From Octopus vulgaris (taxonomy: Eukaryota), in NCBI GenBank assembly GCA_951406725.2, contig OX597820.1:53444001-53508000 (forward strand): a stretch of DNA of 64,000 bases, read 5' to 3'. A program made the translations under genes and the position numbers. Shown piece after piece: positions 1 to 13,937 of this stretch. The first letter of the stretch is position 1. Each line of letters starts with the position of its first letter. The notes below the pieces were generated by a model, which saw only the letters and a program-made list of their open reading frames with translations, was not told the DNA's origin and made no database searches.

Positions 1-299
1 TTTGCAAATACACATATATATATACACATACATTCATATATATTCGTGCAGTACTTAAATGCTTGTGCATGTGTGTGTCTGTGTGTGTTTGTGCGTGTGT
101 GTGTGTAAGAACATATATGCACATTGATGTATAAAAAAAAATGGAAATTTGTAAAGAGAGAGACCAAGAGAAAAATTGAAAGATTCAATGCAATCTTTAA
201 GATGATATCCCAACATACCGCCTGCCCTCTCAGTCACCTTTATATGTTTATGCATACATACGTACAAACAAACACATCCGAACATCCATTCATACACAC

Positions 300-417
300 A
301 TGTATGTATATATATACGTATAGATTCTATATGTATATATATATATATATATATAGAAATACAGAATATATACATACATATATATATATACATATACATA
401 TATATATATACATATAC

Positions 418-456
<39 letters not shown>

Positions 457-459
457 TTC

Positions 460-498
<39 letters not shown>

Positions 499-686
499 CA
501 TATACATATATATATATACATATGCATATATATATATATATATATATAAAACATACGCAGGACAAGCGCATATGCACACAACATACGTACATATATATAC
601 ATACACTACTCGCACACATTGAAGGCCAGTCAGAGACCCACACGCAAGCTCAAAATCAATATGATGCAATGAATTCTATGGTCACA

Positions 687-762
<76 letters not shown>

Positions 763-775
763 TATGTGTGTGTTT
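300..775. repeat. Compound (TA)n/(TACA)n and (TG)n microsatellites
   Basis: Direct reading; explains the YIYI/CVCV ORFs in the track. Confidence 0.95.
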
Positions 776-902
776 ATGAGAGTGGGTGTGTTCGGGGTGA
801 TATACTCATTCTAGTCTAGCAATTGTTAGGACTTAAATATTTTCAAGTAGTTTAACTATTAGTCTATTTCAACGTCGTCTACCGTGTAATAAATAAATGA
901 AC

Positions 903-1285
903 ATGTGGTAAGAAGCTTCCTTCCCATCCACACGGTTCCGGGTTCAGTCCCATTGTGTGTCACGTTGGGCAAGTGACTTCTTCTATATCCATGATCTGAC
1001 CAAAGCCTTGCGAGTATATTTGACGGACGGAAACTCAAAGAAACTCGTCCTATAAATATGTGTTTGTGTGTGTGTGTGTGTGTGTGTTTGTGAGTCTGTG
1101 TTTATTCCCGTACCATCGCTTGACAACCGATGTTGGTGTGTTTACCTCCCAGTAACTAAGCGGCTCAGCAAAACATACCGATAGAAAAAGTACTAGGCTT
1201 ACAAAGAATAAGATTTTGCTTCGATTTGTTCGACTAAAGGCGGTGCTCTAGCATGACTGCAGTCAAATGACTGAAAAGAATAAGA

Positions 1286-1288
<3 letters not shown>
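903..1288 (+). mobile_element. SINE family A (tRNA-like head, internal microsatellite, CR1-like 3' tail), diverged copy
   Basis: TGTGGTAAG A-box-like and GGGTTCAGTCCC B-box-like motifs; colinear with the copy at 36384-36833; tail CAGTCAAATGACTGAAA. Confidence 0.85.
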
Positions 1289-1343
<55 letters not shown>

Positions 1344-1344
<1 letters not shown>

Positions 1345-1775
1345 CATTTACTTACAAACATTAAACTGTGGCTATGCTGGAGCAATGTCTTGAAGAGTTT
1401 TGAGTCGAAGGTATCAACTCCAGTACTTATTTTCTTAAAGCGTGGCACTTATTCTATTGGTACCTTTCACCGAACCACTAAGTTATGGGGACGTAAACAC
1501 ACCGACACCAGTTGTCAAGCGGGGGCGTGGTGACAAACGCCCCCCCCCCACACACACATATGTGTGTGTGTGTATATATATGTATGTATATATATATATA
1601 TATATGTATATATATTATATATATATATATATGACGATCTTCTCTCAGTTTCCGTCTACCAAATCCACTCACAGGTCTTCGGTAGGCCCAGGGCTATAGT
1701 AGAAGACGCCCAATGACCCACTCAGTGGTACTGAACTCGGAACCATGTGATTAAGAATCAAGCTTCTTACTAGCA
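1344..1775 (-). mobile_element. SINE family A, diverged copy
   Basis: Reverse-complement similarity to 36384-36833 (gtttccgtctaccaaatccactcaca; ggggacgtaaacacacc). Confidence 0.85.
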
Positions 1776-1798
1776 GGCACACATGCAAATACACATAC

Positions 1799-1862
<64 letters not shown>

Positions 1863-2814
1863 GTATATGTGTGAATATATATATATGTATATATACTCAT
1901 ATATAATTACTCCACCTCCGCATAGTCGTAGACTGTTTCTTACCTTCCAATTGAAGTACTACTTCACGTGATGACGAATCAGATCGATTCACTATTTATC
2001 GATTAGGTTAAATTTTCTCTTTTAATTCTAAAGTTTATTGTTGAAGTCTTATTTCATAGATTCTGGCTGTTTTTATTACAGTTTATTATATAAATTTTGA
2101 TTGATGAATGAATGGACAGTGTAATAATCGCAAGACATATCTTGTTACGAGGAGAAATTGTATGAGGAGCGAGCAAATCGAATTAAAGATGAATATAATG
2201 AATGGAGTATTGAGATAGAAATTGTGAGACAGAGAGTGGGGGATAGGGACAGAAAGAGAGAACGTTTGAAATCAAGACAAAACGCTCATGAGCGAAAAAG
2301 TGGGGGAAAATGCATAAAGACAGAGATTAAGAGAGACAGCAGGTGGGAAAAAAAACAGAGAAAGATGTTAAGAAAGAGTAAGTTTCATAATATTCTGTAA
2401 AAGAGTAAGAGCAAGACAGTGAGAGAATGGGAGAGGTAGACACTGAGAGCCTGAGTTGAAGAGAGAGAAAGGGGAAGAGAGATGCAGGTAGACGGAATTT
2501 AAGAGCAAAGAAGAGAATGAAATAGAATTGAAAACATTAAAATTAAAAGCTTCGTGAGAGTGAATTTGAGAGAAAAATCTATTAAAAAGACCAAGTTGGA
2601 AGGAACAATTGGCGAAAAGTGTGGAAGACAAATTTTATAATATATAGACAGACGACAAATAGCATAAGAAACATATACGTGGGGAAAATAAACGAATCTT
2701 TACAATTTGGGTAAGAGTGTGTATACTAAATAATGATGGCGGGAGGGCATGACGGGGAACAGAGAAAAAAACGAGAGAAATTGACGGTAAAGGAAAGAAA
2801 CTTTCAGAAGTAAG

Positions 2815-3112
2815 GAAAGGATTTCGATTCCCGGTTAAGGATGTGTGTTGTATCCTTGAGTCAGACACTTTATTTCACGTTGCTCCGGTTCACTCAGCTG
2901 TAGAAATTATTTATCGACGTTACTGGTGCCAAGCTGTTTCGGACCTTCCCTTGGATAACATCGGTGGCGTGGAGAGAAGAGGTTGATATGCATAGGCGAC
3001 TGCTATTCTTCCATAAACAATCTTGCCCGGACTTGTGCGTTGTAGGGGAACTTTCTAGGTGAAATCTCACAGCCATTTATGACCGAGGAGTGTTTTTGCC
3101 CTTTACCCTAAC
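2815..3112 (+). mobile_element. SINE family C, 5'-truncated
   Basis: Colinear with the reverse complement of 20444-20782 (cactttatttcacgttgctcc; cttccataaacaa.cttgcccgg). Confidence 0.8.
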
Positions 3113-3504
3113 CCCTAGGTAAGATATGAGAGAGAAGGTGAGAAATAAAGAGAGAAAATAGATAAGGAAAAAGTAAACTAACGAAACAGATAAATAAATG
3201 GTAAATGCTTCGACCTAAATCGAATTATTAAATTTACTTAGAATGTTGGTTATATTTTTGTTGCGTTTTACCTCACCATTGAGGTTGATGGAACAGAACT
3301 ATAAGTTAAGGAGCTTCATTCAACTGTGAGAATTTGCTTATCTTTTTATTTAGCCACAGAAGATCTGATACAACAGAATCCAATATTTCTAGTTTTTAAA
3401 AGGTTAGAGTTTGATAATATTTAAGTAACTACATCTAACAGGCTTAGCGATCAAGTACAGGCTCTCTCATTGGTTCAACATATATCAAGCTCATTCTTTT
3501 TACT

Positions 3505-3550
3505 GTAGTTTCGGCTCATAGCTGCGGCCATGCTGATGCACCACCGTTTA
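3505..3550 (-). mobile_element. Isolated 3' tail of the CR1-like LINE / SINE A type
   Basis: gtttcggctcatagctgcggccatgctgatgcaccaccg matches the LINE tail at about 23364-23410. Confidence 0.65.
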
Positions 3551-3969
3551 TATTCTTGTTTATACACATACAATTACTGGTATCGGATTTCATCATAGTA
3601 GTTGATGAAATATGTAGTTGTCATCTATACTTGAATGAGAGTACACAAGGCTGTATTCACCATCACCGCCTTTACCACACTAAACTCCAACTCTCTAATT
3701 TTATCATTTTTTCTGTCACCATCAGCATCATCATTGCTATCGTTATCATCATCATCATCGTTGAAGTTGACGTCGTCATTATCATCATCATCAACAACAA
3801 CAACAACAACATCATTAAATGCAGAAACAGCTGTAGCCAGCAATAGTACGATTACTATTAACAAAACAATTAATTTCGTACAATATCAGTTAAATTATCC
3901 ACAAAACTAATCCTATTTTGGTTATAAGTAACCCTTCCGGGGGTCAACGATATGTCTACCATTGATATT

Positions 3970-4141
3970 GGTTTAAAATTTGGGGCACTAGTGCGCGTCT
4001 GATATTTATTTTATCTACCTCGAAAGGATAAAAAGCTAAGTCAATCTCGGCGGAATTTGAACTCAAGACGGAAACACGGGCGAAGATGGCCGCTAAGCAT
4101 TTAGCCCGGTGAGCTGAAGATTCTACCACTTGGCCACCTAA
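3970..4141 (-). mobile_element. SINE family D, older internally deleted copy
   Basis: ctcggcggaatttgaactc B-box region; flanked by atgtctaccatt(g/a)atat repeats at 3952 and 4142. Confidence 0.75.
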
Positions 4142-4159
4142 ATGTCTACCATTAATATA

Positions 4160-4742
4160 CTGTTCGACTCTAGGCGCAAGACCCGAAATTTTGAGGGAGG
4201 GACAGTCAATTAGATCGACCCCAGTACCAGTTGCGTAACAGGTACTTAATTTATGGAACTCGAAAGGATGAAAGGCAAAGTCGACCTCGGCAGAATTTGT
4301 ACTCAGAACGTAAAGACGGGCGAAATATTTCTTTACTACCCACAAGGGGCTAAACATAGAGGGGACAAACAAGGACAGACAAACGGATTAAGTCGATTAC
4401 ATCGACCCCAGTGCGTAACTGGTACTTAATTTATCGACCCCGAAAGGATGAAAGGCAAAGTCGACCTCGGCGGAATTTGAACTCAGAACGTAACGGCAGA
4501 CGAAATACCTATTTCTTTATTACCCACAAGGGGCTAAACATAGAGGGGACAAACAAGGACAGACATAGGTATTAAGTCGATTACATCGACCCCAGTGCGT
4601 AACTGGTACTTAATTTATCGACCCCGAAAGGATGAATGGCAAAGTTGACCACGGCGGAATTTGACCTCAGAACGTATCGGCAACGAAATACCGCTAAGCA
4701 TTTCGTTCGGCGTGCTAACGTTTCTACCAGCTCGCCGCCTTT
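4160..4742 (-). mobile_element. SINE family D trimer (units of 180 and 184 bp)
   Basis: Three head-to-tail units; 15-bp TSD tctaccattaatata at 4145-4159 and 4743-4757. Confidence 0.9.
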
Positions 4743-5845
4743 TCTACCATTAATATAACCACATTTTTCATTTCGGCGAGCCAAGGAAAGATCATCTACA
4801 GTGCCCTTAGATCAACTAGGAATAGCTGTAAAAATTCTCTCAAATCACTTGATAAAGAATGCATTAAGTGATATTGTAAATTATGCTCGAAAAAGGTGAA
4901 TGATCTTGACTATAATCCTTTATACATGAGATTCATCTCGATTAGGACTGACCAGTGGTTAAATGACAGCAGTAGCAATATTTTTGTAATCGACATTGCA
5001 ATAGATATTATGGCCATATTATCTGATATTATCGATTATCAGACATTCTAGGTTGTCTGACCTTTTAGATGTGTTGACCTTAGAGTCTCATTTCTGAAAC
5101 AAGTCATTATAACTCTGGATGCCCCACCGTTCCTAATGGATGTGATATTTTATGTTACCAGGTATTCTGAAAACGCTGTAGATGCGAATAGGAATTTGTG
5201 AGGTGTATTCTCTCATACATTAACGTTGTGCTTCATTAAATCCGTAATTAAATTACCCCGGAAATCATAGACGCGATACATATATGCTGTTGTCATTTTA
5301 CGAACATACACATATATGTGTGTAGGGGTTTTTATGTGTGTGTATGTGTGTGTGTTTGTATGTTTGTGTGTGTGTACATGGTACATTCCCGTGGTACACG
5401 ATAATTGTACACACAGTGCATGCAGTTATAATTGTCGATCTGTACAAAATGTTGTCAAGTGTTATAGCTCACATTTTATACACATCTGCCAAAAGTCCTT
5501 ATTCAGCGATCAGAACTACCATAATATATTTCACCTTTAAACCTGTCTAAAATGTGAATATGATAATCTATTACAATTATGATGTAACAATAGGTAGGTT
5601 TCTTTGAATACAGTTCTAACTGATTTCTGATTGCTAAGTAATATAAATTTATCTTCAGCGTTCACATTCTGCTGAGGTCGACATGGCCTGTTATTTATCC
5701 AACTAACAATAGAAGCACACACACACACACGCACATACACAAACCCACACACACACACACATACACACACACATGAACGAACGCATGCACACACACACAC
5801 ACGCCTTCATACATAAATATCACAAAATAGAAGTTTATTCATTAA

Positions 5846-6057
5846 TTTTTATTCTTTTATTCTTTTTACTTGTTTCAATCTCTTAACTGTGACCATGCTG
5901 GAGCACCGCCGTGAAAAGGTTTTAGTCGAAGAAATCGACCCCAGAACTTATATTTTGTAAGCCGTGTTTACAAAGCCGCTACGTTACGGGAACGTAAAAA
6001 CAGTACTACCGGTTGTCAAGCAGTGGAGGGTAGACAAACACAGACACAAAGACACAC

Positions 6058-6111
<54 letters not shown>

Positions 6112-6253
6112 TGTGTGTGTGTATACATATATATATATGACGGGCTTCTTTCAGTTTCTGTCAACCAGATCCACGCACAAGTATTTGGTCGGCCCGGGGC
6201 AAGAGGACACTTGCCCAAGATACCACGCAGTAGGACAGAATCCAGAACCACGT
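5846..6253 (-). mobile_element. SINE family A
   Basis: ccatgctggagcaccgcc tail, internal (TA)n and head fragment matching the other family A copies. Confidence 0.85.
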
Positions 6254-6476
6254 GCTTTGTTTACAAATTATTTATTAACGTCACCCTATACATGTTTCCT
6301 AGCACTAATATCGTTATATAAGGAAAGTCTTATAAACAGTTTCCATTAGCATATCTTCAGAGATTGCGTAACAAACTATCTTTAAGATTTACAACAGGCA
6401 TCGAATAGTGTTATGATATCCTCGACCACATACACACAGACTATCATATATTCCACTGCTGACTCGATTTCCTTAA

Positions 6477-6710
6477 TAAGAGGGGATGCTGAAAATTCTT
6501 GGCTTCAAGGGCATCGGGAAAGACCAGGCTGGAGGCCCAACCTTCCAAGTTCTTTTACAGGGCTTTGGAAAACTGACGGACTGCTGAAATAAGTGTGTGA
6601 ATCTGAGGAGGTAATATGCTGAATAAAACCATTATTAACAGATCCGCCTTCGTTTTTTTTTCTTGTTTTGTTTTTGCCCAAAGCCAGGAATGTTTCAGCA
6701 CCTCCTCGTT
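6477..6710 (+). mobile_element. Mariner-derived MITE (about 230 bp)
   Basis: TIRs gaggggatgctgaaaattcttggctt / aagccaggaatgtttcagcacctcctc; interior translates GFGKLTDC*NKCVNLRR*YAE*, like the mariner C-terminus; same family as 32403-32635. Confidence 0.75.
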
Positions 6711-6719
6711 CTTTCACGT

Positions 6720-7560
6720 CTGTTAAAGTAAGTAAATGTCATATGAAAGGGTGAATACGTTTTATATTTACATACTTAATTTCCGTTAGACACTTGTTAA
6801 TATGATGCAATAGCTCGGTGAAATCCATACTCTCATCGAGTAGATTACGATTAAATGCTTCCCAGTCATGGTTATCATAGCTTATTCTTATGTGCACAGA
6901 CTTCCCCAAGACCACATAAATCAACGAGCTCTCTACTATGACAATAGTTACAGATTGTAGATAATTTGGCTTCTATTGTTTTGAAGGCTCTGCGATCATG
7001 TAGATACTCACTCGTTGGGTCATTTGTTAATAGTGGACTAACAAAATATAGTTGCGGCCCCACCTGGAATTATTTCTCATGTAGATAGATGTTGTTGTTT
7101 AAGAGCATGTCTGAACTTCGTTATTTTCAAAGGTTATTAAGAGAAGTAATTTTTGGTCATGTAGAGGAGATATATCCTGAATTTGTTGATGTAAGGTTTT
7201 GAAATCGAGTATGGTTAGCCTTGCTGCCAACTTCTATCTTCCTGAAGAACAGACCATATCAGGTATTATAGAGTAAAGTCATCCGCATCTTAACAGAAGA
7301 CGAAGAGCAAAGAATTACAATGATGACCTTGAGGAAAACGCAAAGCAAAATTAAAGCCCTGTCAAATGTTACAGAGGAGACATATCCTTCACATGACAAG
7401 GTGGAACGTACCTTATTTTCGGCCGATTGAAAAAGAAGAAATAAGATGTTGCGATTTCAACTCCAGTCTCATTTACCAAAACCGTGTTCATTCTCTTACA
7501 AACTCGTATATACAAAGGATACCAGCATGATATTTATTTTATTTTTGCTTCGGAAGAAGT
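6720..7560 (-). mobile_element. Possible highly decayed LINE endonuclease/linker region
   Basis: Weak motifs only (YDNHDWEAF; LLTNDP); many stops. Confidence 0.3.
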
Positions 7561-7619
7561 AAAAATTGTTGTCAATCTCCGCTCTTAAACAGTAATTCTG
7601 TGAGCTCAATATATATATT

Positions 7620-7825
7620 CTTTTATCCTTTATTCTTTAAAGTTTCAGCCCAAAGGCTGTGCCCAATGTTATCATCTTTTCAGTGGCCATTCTTATGGGA
7701 TTGACTTTTGGTGAAGGAGGGAGTTCGACACAGCTATCCTCTCTTGAGTTTCTTGCCAAGGTTCTTGCTAGGTTCGTCTAGGATCTTAGACAGTAGGGAA
7801 TCAAGTTGCTTCTTGATATTTTGGA
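7620..7825 (-). mobile_element. CR1-like LINE 3' end fragment
   Basis: [15 protein letters not shown] resembles KLDIFLSKVPDEP of the 23.5-kb element; tail stem-loop agcc-tttg-ggct-gaaac. Confidence 0.6.
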
Positions 7826-8063
<238 letters not shown>

Positions 8064-8959
8064 TCCTACTATTTTCGGACAGTACTTAGGCTCTGCTCAC
8101 TCGTTCATGCCACTAATATACTTATTACTATGAACTATATAAAAGTCTTCCATCGAATATTGTAAAACAGAATATCACTGCATATTATCACAGTAACAAA
8201 CAATAACAGTTGTATTTACATGCAGTAAGAAAGGCACTAAAATGAATTACAGTGATAAAAGATCTCTTATTCACATAACGATTGTAGTTTACAAATGCCC
8301 ACGCCCCTATGATAGGTGTAATCACCTACATACAAATTGCATTCGCTGAAGCAGTACAGGCCTTTAACATATTCACAGGCTTTTTTATATGTTCACTAGG
8401 AGAGAAACATTTTATTCATTGAATCACAACTCGAAACATAAAGTTAAGGAACATGTATATGGTTATTTGACCTGCTACATATAGTGGCCAAATCCTCGTC
8501 GGATCAAGTTATAACTTCTTATATAAATGTGCATTGTAGTCATTGTAGTTCCTGATATACAGAAAGACGGGAGTAAATAAAAATAAACCGTTCGGAATCT
8601 AATTTAATCCAATTTAAAGTTAAAAGAAAGTAGTAACAACATAACGTGTCGTAGAAAACATCTGGTATATATCAGTCGTCTTAGATTGTGAAAATGAAAT
8701 AAGCAAATGGAAATGTTGAAGTTATATGCAGCAAAATATTTTCCATTATTTAAATTTTTTTGCTCTTCTATTGGAAATAATCTGTACCTGCAATTTTAAG
8801 GCTTCGAATTTGTAGGGAATGTAAAATATTTTATTCAGGTATTCATGAGTAAAGAAAACGAGTGACAAACGTATTTTCTTGCTTTTTATGGTGATTGTAT
8901 ATTTGTGCTGTTGAAATGATTCCATGACACTGTATTTTAGAAATCGATGTTCATGTGCG

Positions 8960-9400
8960 GAGAATGTGGAAGTTTGAAGAGAAGTGTCTAGTTTGCATGT
9001 AAATAGCTCCTTCCTTCATGGTGGAAGCTAAGTTGAACAGAAGGGTAGAACCAGCAAAATAGATGGGAGTGGTATTAAAAATAACTGCGAAATCATGACT
9101 CATATACAGAAGACAAATTGTAGGGCATATAATTAACTCGAGGATACAATGAGTTCGATAGTATAGGATAGATACTTCGGCATCAGAAAACATCAGGGCT
9201 TTACGGGAAACCTCTAAGTGCCGGCACTAAAGAGTAGATAAGGATGGAGCCCAAGATGGAAAATAATGAAATGTTAGTGTTAAAGTGATATGAAAGTTGT
9301 TGATGGACTGAAATAACGGACTATTGGATTGAATGCCTCATGCAATTCATTTCCATCGCTTATTTTAAATTCTGCACGCATCCAACAAGTTGTCAATGAA
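8960..9400 (-). mobile_element. Possible decayed LINE reverse-transcriptase fragment
   Basis: CPTICLLYMSHD...YFAGSTL resembles a degenerate SPxLFxxxINDL...FADDSTL RT segment. Confidence 0.3.
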
Positions 9401-11597
9401 GTCAGCGTTTATAAATTTAATCTACAGGATCCTTACAATACGAAAGCTGAATATGGACACGAGGCAAATGGTGCAAAAAAGAAAGATAAAGTGTTTTACT
9501 TTCTTTTATTGGCACCTCTGTACGTATTAGAAAAAAATATGAGCCTCATAGTATTCTCATCTTGTAAAATAAAGAGGTTTTTTTTTTGTTTTTTACCAAG
9601 TTGAAGATTAACTTCATTTAGTTTTCTCTGTATCTAATGTCGTAGAAATTAATTCCTGCTGAACCGATTCTACGATCTTGTTTGGTGCTACGTTGAAACT
9701 ATTTACGTATATTTAAGTTTTGAGCAAATTTCACGTAATTTCACCATCCTACGCATATAAAACTGAAACTTTCTGTTTCCCTGAGAAACAGATATTAATT
9801 TGGACGAGATAGACATTATATTATTATACCTAAAATATAGGTTTTATATATCCTGAAATGGGAGCGAATGATATATTAGTGATCTGAATATTTCAGCGCT
9901 ACGCTAATTGTAGGTGGTGCCATCTGATACAGTTTCACAGTGAGTGTTGTGTATTGATAGCGGAAGAGTGGGTTAGGAAAATATACTCAGTGCGTCTGTA
10001 TCGTCTCACATTGCCTAATACTACCAAATAGTGGTGAGAAAGCAAATAGAGTTTTAAGTTGGGAAGAAATTATGGAAGAGATACAATTTAATGATGGAAG
10101 AAATGCAATTTTTAAAATTATAGGTATATCATAGTTTAGTTACAAGTTAATAAGGGACTAACACATCTATTCTGGCACAATAATGCAGAAATAAATTCCA
10201 TGCAATCATTGATTTCAATGATTACGCATTCTAATAAAAAAAATAAATTTAAGGTAGTCACTGAAGAGCTTACTAGTTCAAATCTACTGTTCAAGAATTT
10301 GATGCCCATTTTGCGCATCCTCTAATACTTTTTCAGAATCTGAGAGAGACAGATAGACAGACAAACCGAAAGAAAAGAGAGAGAGAGAAAGAGACAATAT
10401 AACTTTCTGTAAATAAACTCCTTGATAAACTGTAAATTTCATTAACGAACAGATTTATGTGTACACTAAATTGATTGCTTAAATATATATAACGATATTT
10501 TTTTTACCCCAATCTATTTGCAAGTAACGGAATTTCCATATTACGAAATTACTTGATTTCTGTACATATTAGCTTGTTATGCAACGTACGTGCAAATAGC
10601 ATAATTTGTACATTATGCAATTAGCTGACTTATGTACATATTATAGAGGAAAGCACAGTACGTGCAAGAAGATACTGCTAAGTTCTACTATATTTGTGGT
10701 GAATTGACTTCATTAAGGAACCGAAGGAAAATTACTGTCCATATTAAGAATATTTATTATATTTATCGCGGATTCGCCGTTGTTGATGGAGACAAAATAT
10801 CGTGGCCAAAAATTTGTTAAGTTAACTGGTCTGCTTTAAGAAGCGCTTGGAACAGATGAATTACAAAATGAAATTTTATTTCTGTAAGACCAAGGTAGAA
10901 AGACACCACACAAGCATGGGAAGTAAATGCAAGAATCTGAATTATACTATTCACTTTGTAACACATTTTGTTGTTTTGCCGTTAGCATAACAACCTTGAG
11001 CGATGTATCGTGTAATAGTGTTGAGTTGTGAGTTTGAACTAGATCGAGGATCTGAAGAGAGGACCCATTTTGTCACAACTAGGACTTGAATCATGCTAGA
11101 CGTGACGTCGACTTGACCAATAAGGATAGCGTGCACCTGGCATCACGCTTTCCACAGTTGTCATTCTTTTCTATAGAGACTACGAACACTCACTAATACC
11201 AATTACCATATTATCTAGTTCTCACAAACACAAAAGCCAATTTTAGAAAATCTAAATAATCTTTTAGATTGTATGTATTTTGTCTATACAAAATGGTGTA
11301 TATGTGCAGAATGAAAAGTTTTATTCTATCACTCAGTCAATGAGGCATAAGTAGCACCCGTGATACTTCTCTGAACCTCTAAATCTAGTAGGAGGAAGAT
11401 GGCAAGTTTTCTTAAAGCGGGAGACGCGGTTCGAATTTATACAATACAATAGATTCCGTCAAAGTCACCCATGTCCAAGTTGTGGTTTTAGAATAATCAA
11501 CGGATTAAGTCTGATATATGCAATATACAAACAGCGAACTGATATAAACATAATAAATAATCCTATTAACATCTAATATAAGACAATATATTCAAGA

Positions 11598-11808
11598 AAG
11601 GTGACGAGCAGGCAGAAACGTTAGTACGCCGGTCGAAATGCTTAGCGATATTTCATCTGTCTTTATTATGTTCTGAGTTCAAATTCCGCCGAGGTCGACT
11701 TTGCTTTTCATCCATTCGGGGTCGATAAATTAAGTACTAGTTGCGTACTGGGGTCGATCTAATCGACTGCTTACATTCTCAAAAGAATGTGCCGAGAATA
11801 GAAAAGAA
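11598..11808 (+). mobile_element. SINE family D monomer
   Basis: aaggtgacgagcaggcagaaacgttag head; gagttcaaattccgccgaggtcgactttg core. Confidence 0.85.
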
Positions 11809-12199
11809 CATATAATGATGTCATTTCTACATTTTTATATTGTCGTTGTTGTTGATTGACTTGGCCCCTGCTCAAACTTGACTGAGCAGATTACAGTTAA
11901 ATCATATGTGCGGTAATCGCAAGCGTCTTGTCTTTTTCTTGGGTATTGCGTATATAGAACTACGTTACACGAAGAAAACAGCCCATCTTTCTCTCATTAC
12001 ATATTGAGTTAAATTATTTTAAAGCAATTCGTCAACGATATATGTAAAGGCCCAGCAGAATTTTATTTTCTAAACGCAAAGTCCGAATGAGTTTCGTTTA
12101 TTCTCAAACACAAGAACGTATTCCTGTCGACCTGTTTCCCAATTCACTTTGTGGATATTTTTTTCCTGATTTTTTTTTTGTCCTTTATTTTATATTTGC

Positions 12200-12765
12200 T
12201 TTTTAGCAAGTCAGATTTCTCTATCTGAAGTATTATGGGAGGACATTGTGGAAAAAATATCGCATAGATGATTATGAACGAATTGCACATAATTTGAAAT
12301 CTATTGATCCATAGAAAGCAAAATGTCACAAAAAGTTCATTTCTGGAGTCACATATGACATTTTTCCAGAGAAGACTGAATGATGTATCTAACAAGCAAA
12401 GTGGTATATTTCACTAATATACTTTTACCATTAAAAACCATTATAAAGGTAAATTGTTAGACAGAATGCTCGCTGACTACTGGTGGTGTATGCAACCTGA
12501 CACTGCTGGTAGAAGCTGAATAATACATGTGCTAAACACACGAATAAAAACAAAACAATATATATATATTGGTTCTCATTTTTTATCCCTAGTGGGAAGT
12601 ATATTAAGCTGAATAGATGATGTATTATGTCGCAGAAATACATATAGTCACATGTAGGTTTCTATATTAACACTAAGTTTTCATTAAACTGTGGGTCATA
12701 GGTGGGAAACCGAATATAGTAAATGCCCCAGATATTTTCAAAAGCACGTAGATTGCTGTCCAGTG
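12200..12765 (+). mobile_element. Decayed DNA-transposon 3' end, Chapaev3/CMC-like
   Basis: Translation FLESHMTFF..RLNDVSNKQSGIFH...YKGK...MLADYWW resembles the HFLxSHLDFFPxNLGxVSDEQGERFHQ..RYQG..MADYCW motif; ends CAGTG. Confidence 0.5.
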
Positions 12766-12787
12766 TTAAAAGCCTGCATGTACGTGT

Positions 12788-13122
<335 letters not shown>

Positions 13123-13574
13123 TATTTTCATTAACATCCCTCACTGTTTTTAACGTTTGGTCCTCACTGTCCTGTTTTTGTTACCGCTTTAACTCGCCGC
13201 AAAAATCCCAAATTTTATTTAAGTTGCTTTGCGGGAGAGACTGTTTTAACGAAGTCGTATCTTATCCCTACCTTCGAAATGCGGAGTAGATAAAACAAGG
13301 GACAACTGATGAAGGGAATGTTCTTTATGTTGCCTGTCTCTTTTCGCTATTTCTTTCGTTGTTCGAAAAAGTTCGTACCCTGTGGGGTTTTTTATGTTCT
13401 CGTTTTTGTTTCTGCTCACGTTATTTTATGTCCTGTGCCCATATACGCATATATATATATACATATATACGTAGATATGTACATATATGTATGTATATAT
13501 GCATATACTTATATTATTTATATTATTAAATGATCGAACGCCACGCAACAGTTTCCACGTAAATTTTTATCTTA

Positions 13575-13614
<40 letters not shown>

Positions 13615-13615
13615 A

Positions 13616-13710
<95 letters not shown>
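13575..13710. repeat. (TATC)n(TA)n microsatellite
   Basis: Direct reading. Confidence 0.95.
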
Positions 13711-13712
<2 letters not shown>

Positions 13713-13769
13713 AAATAGGGTAATAAAAAAACGAATTAGTCATTAGACTATATATTATTCATATAGAAA

Positions 13770-13937
13770 TACAATAAAAGGCTTCCAAATAGGAATGCGT
13801 TGTGCTAGAACACAAAAAAGGGATAAATTCACGAAAGGAATGAAAATTAAAAACATTTACCATAATTTTCATTCCTTTCGTGAATTTATCCCTTTTTCTG
13901 TTCTAGCACAGCGCTTTCCTATTTGGAAGCCTCTTAT

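Noticed and set aside
55-669. 204-aa ORF and the many other [12 protein letters not shown] ORFs
   Set aside because: Translations of stop-free dinucleotide and tetranucleotide microsatellites
4160-4742. CRISPR-like or satellite array
   Set aside because: Units are SINE bodies with no unique spacers; eukaryotic context with no cas genes
4790-4975. Old dispersed repeat, with possible relatives at about 8460, 51250, 56210 and 62320
   Set aside because: Too diverged to define boundaries or class without alignment
10951-11136. Possible Gypsy pol fragment (..TITRYIAQGC..)
   Set aside because: Similarity too weak; no other pol motifs or LTRs
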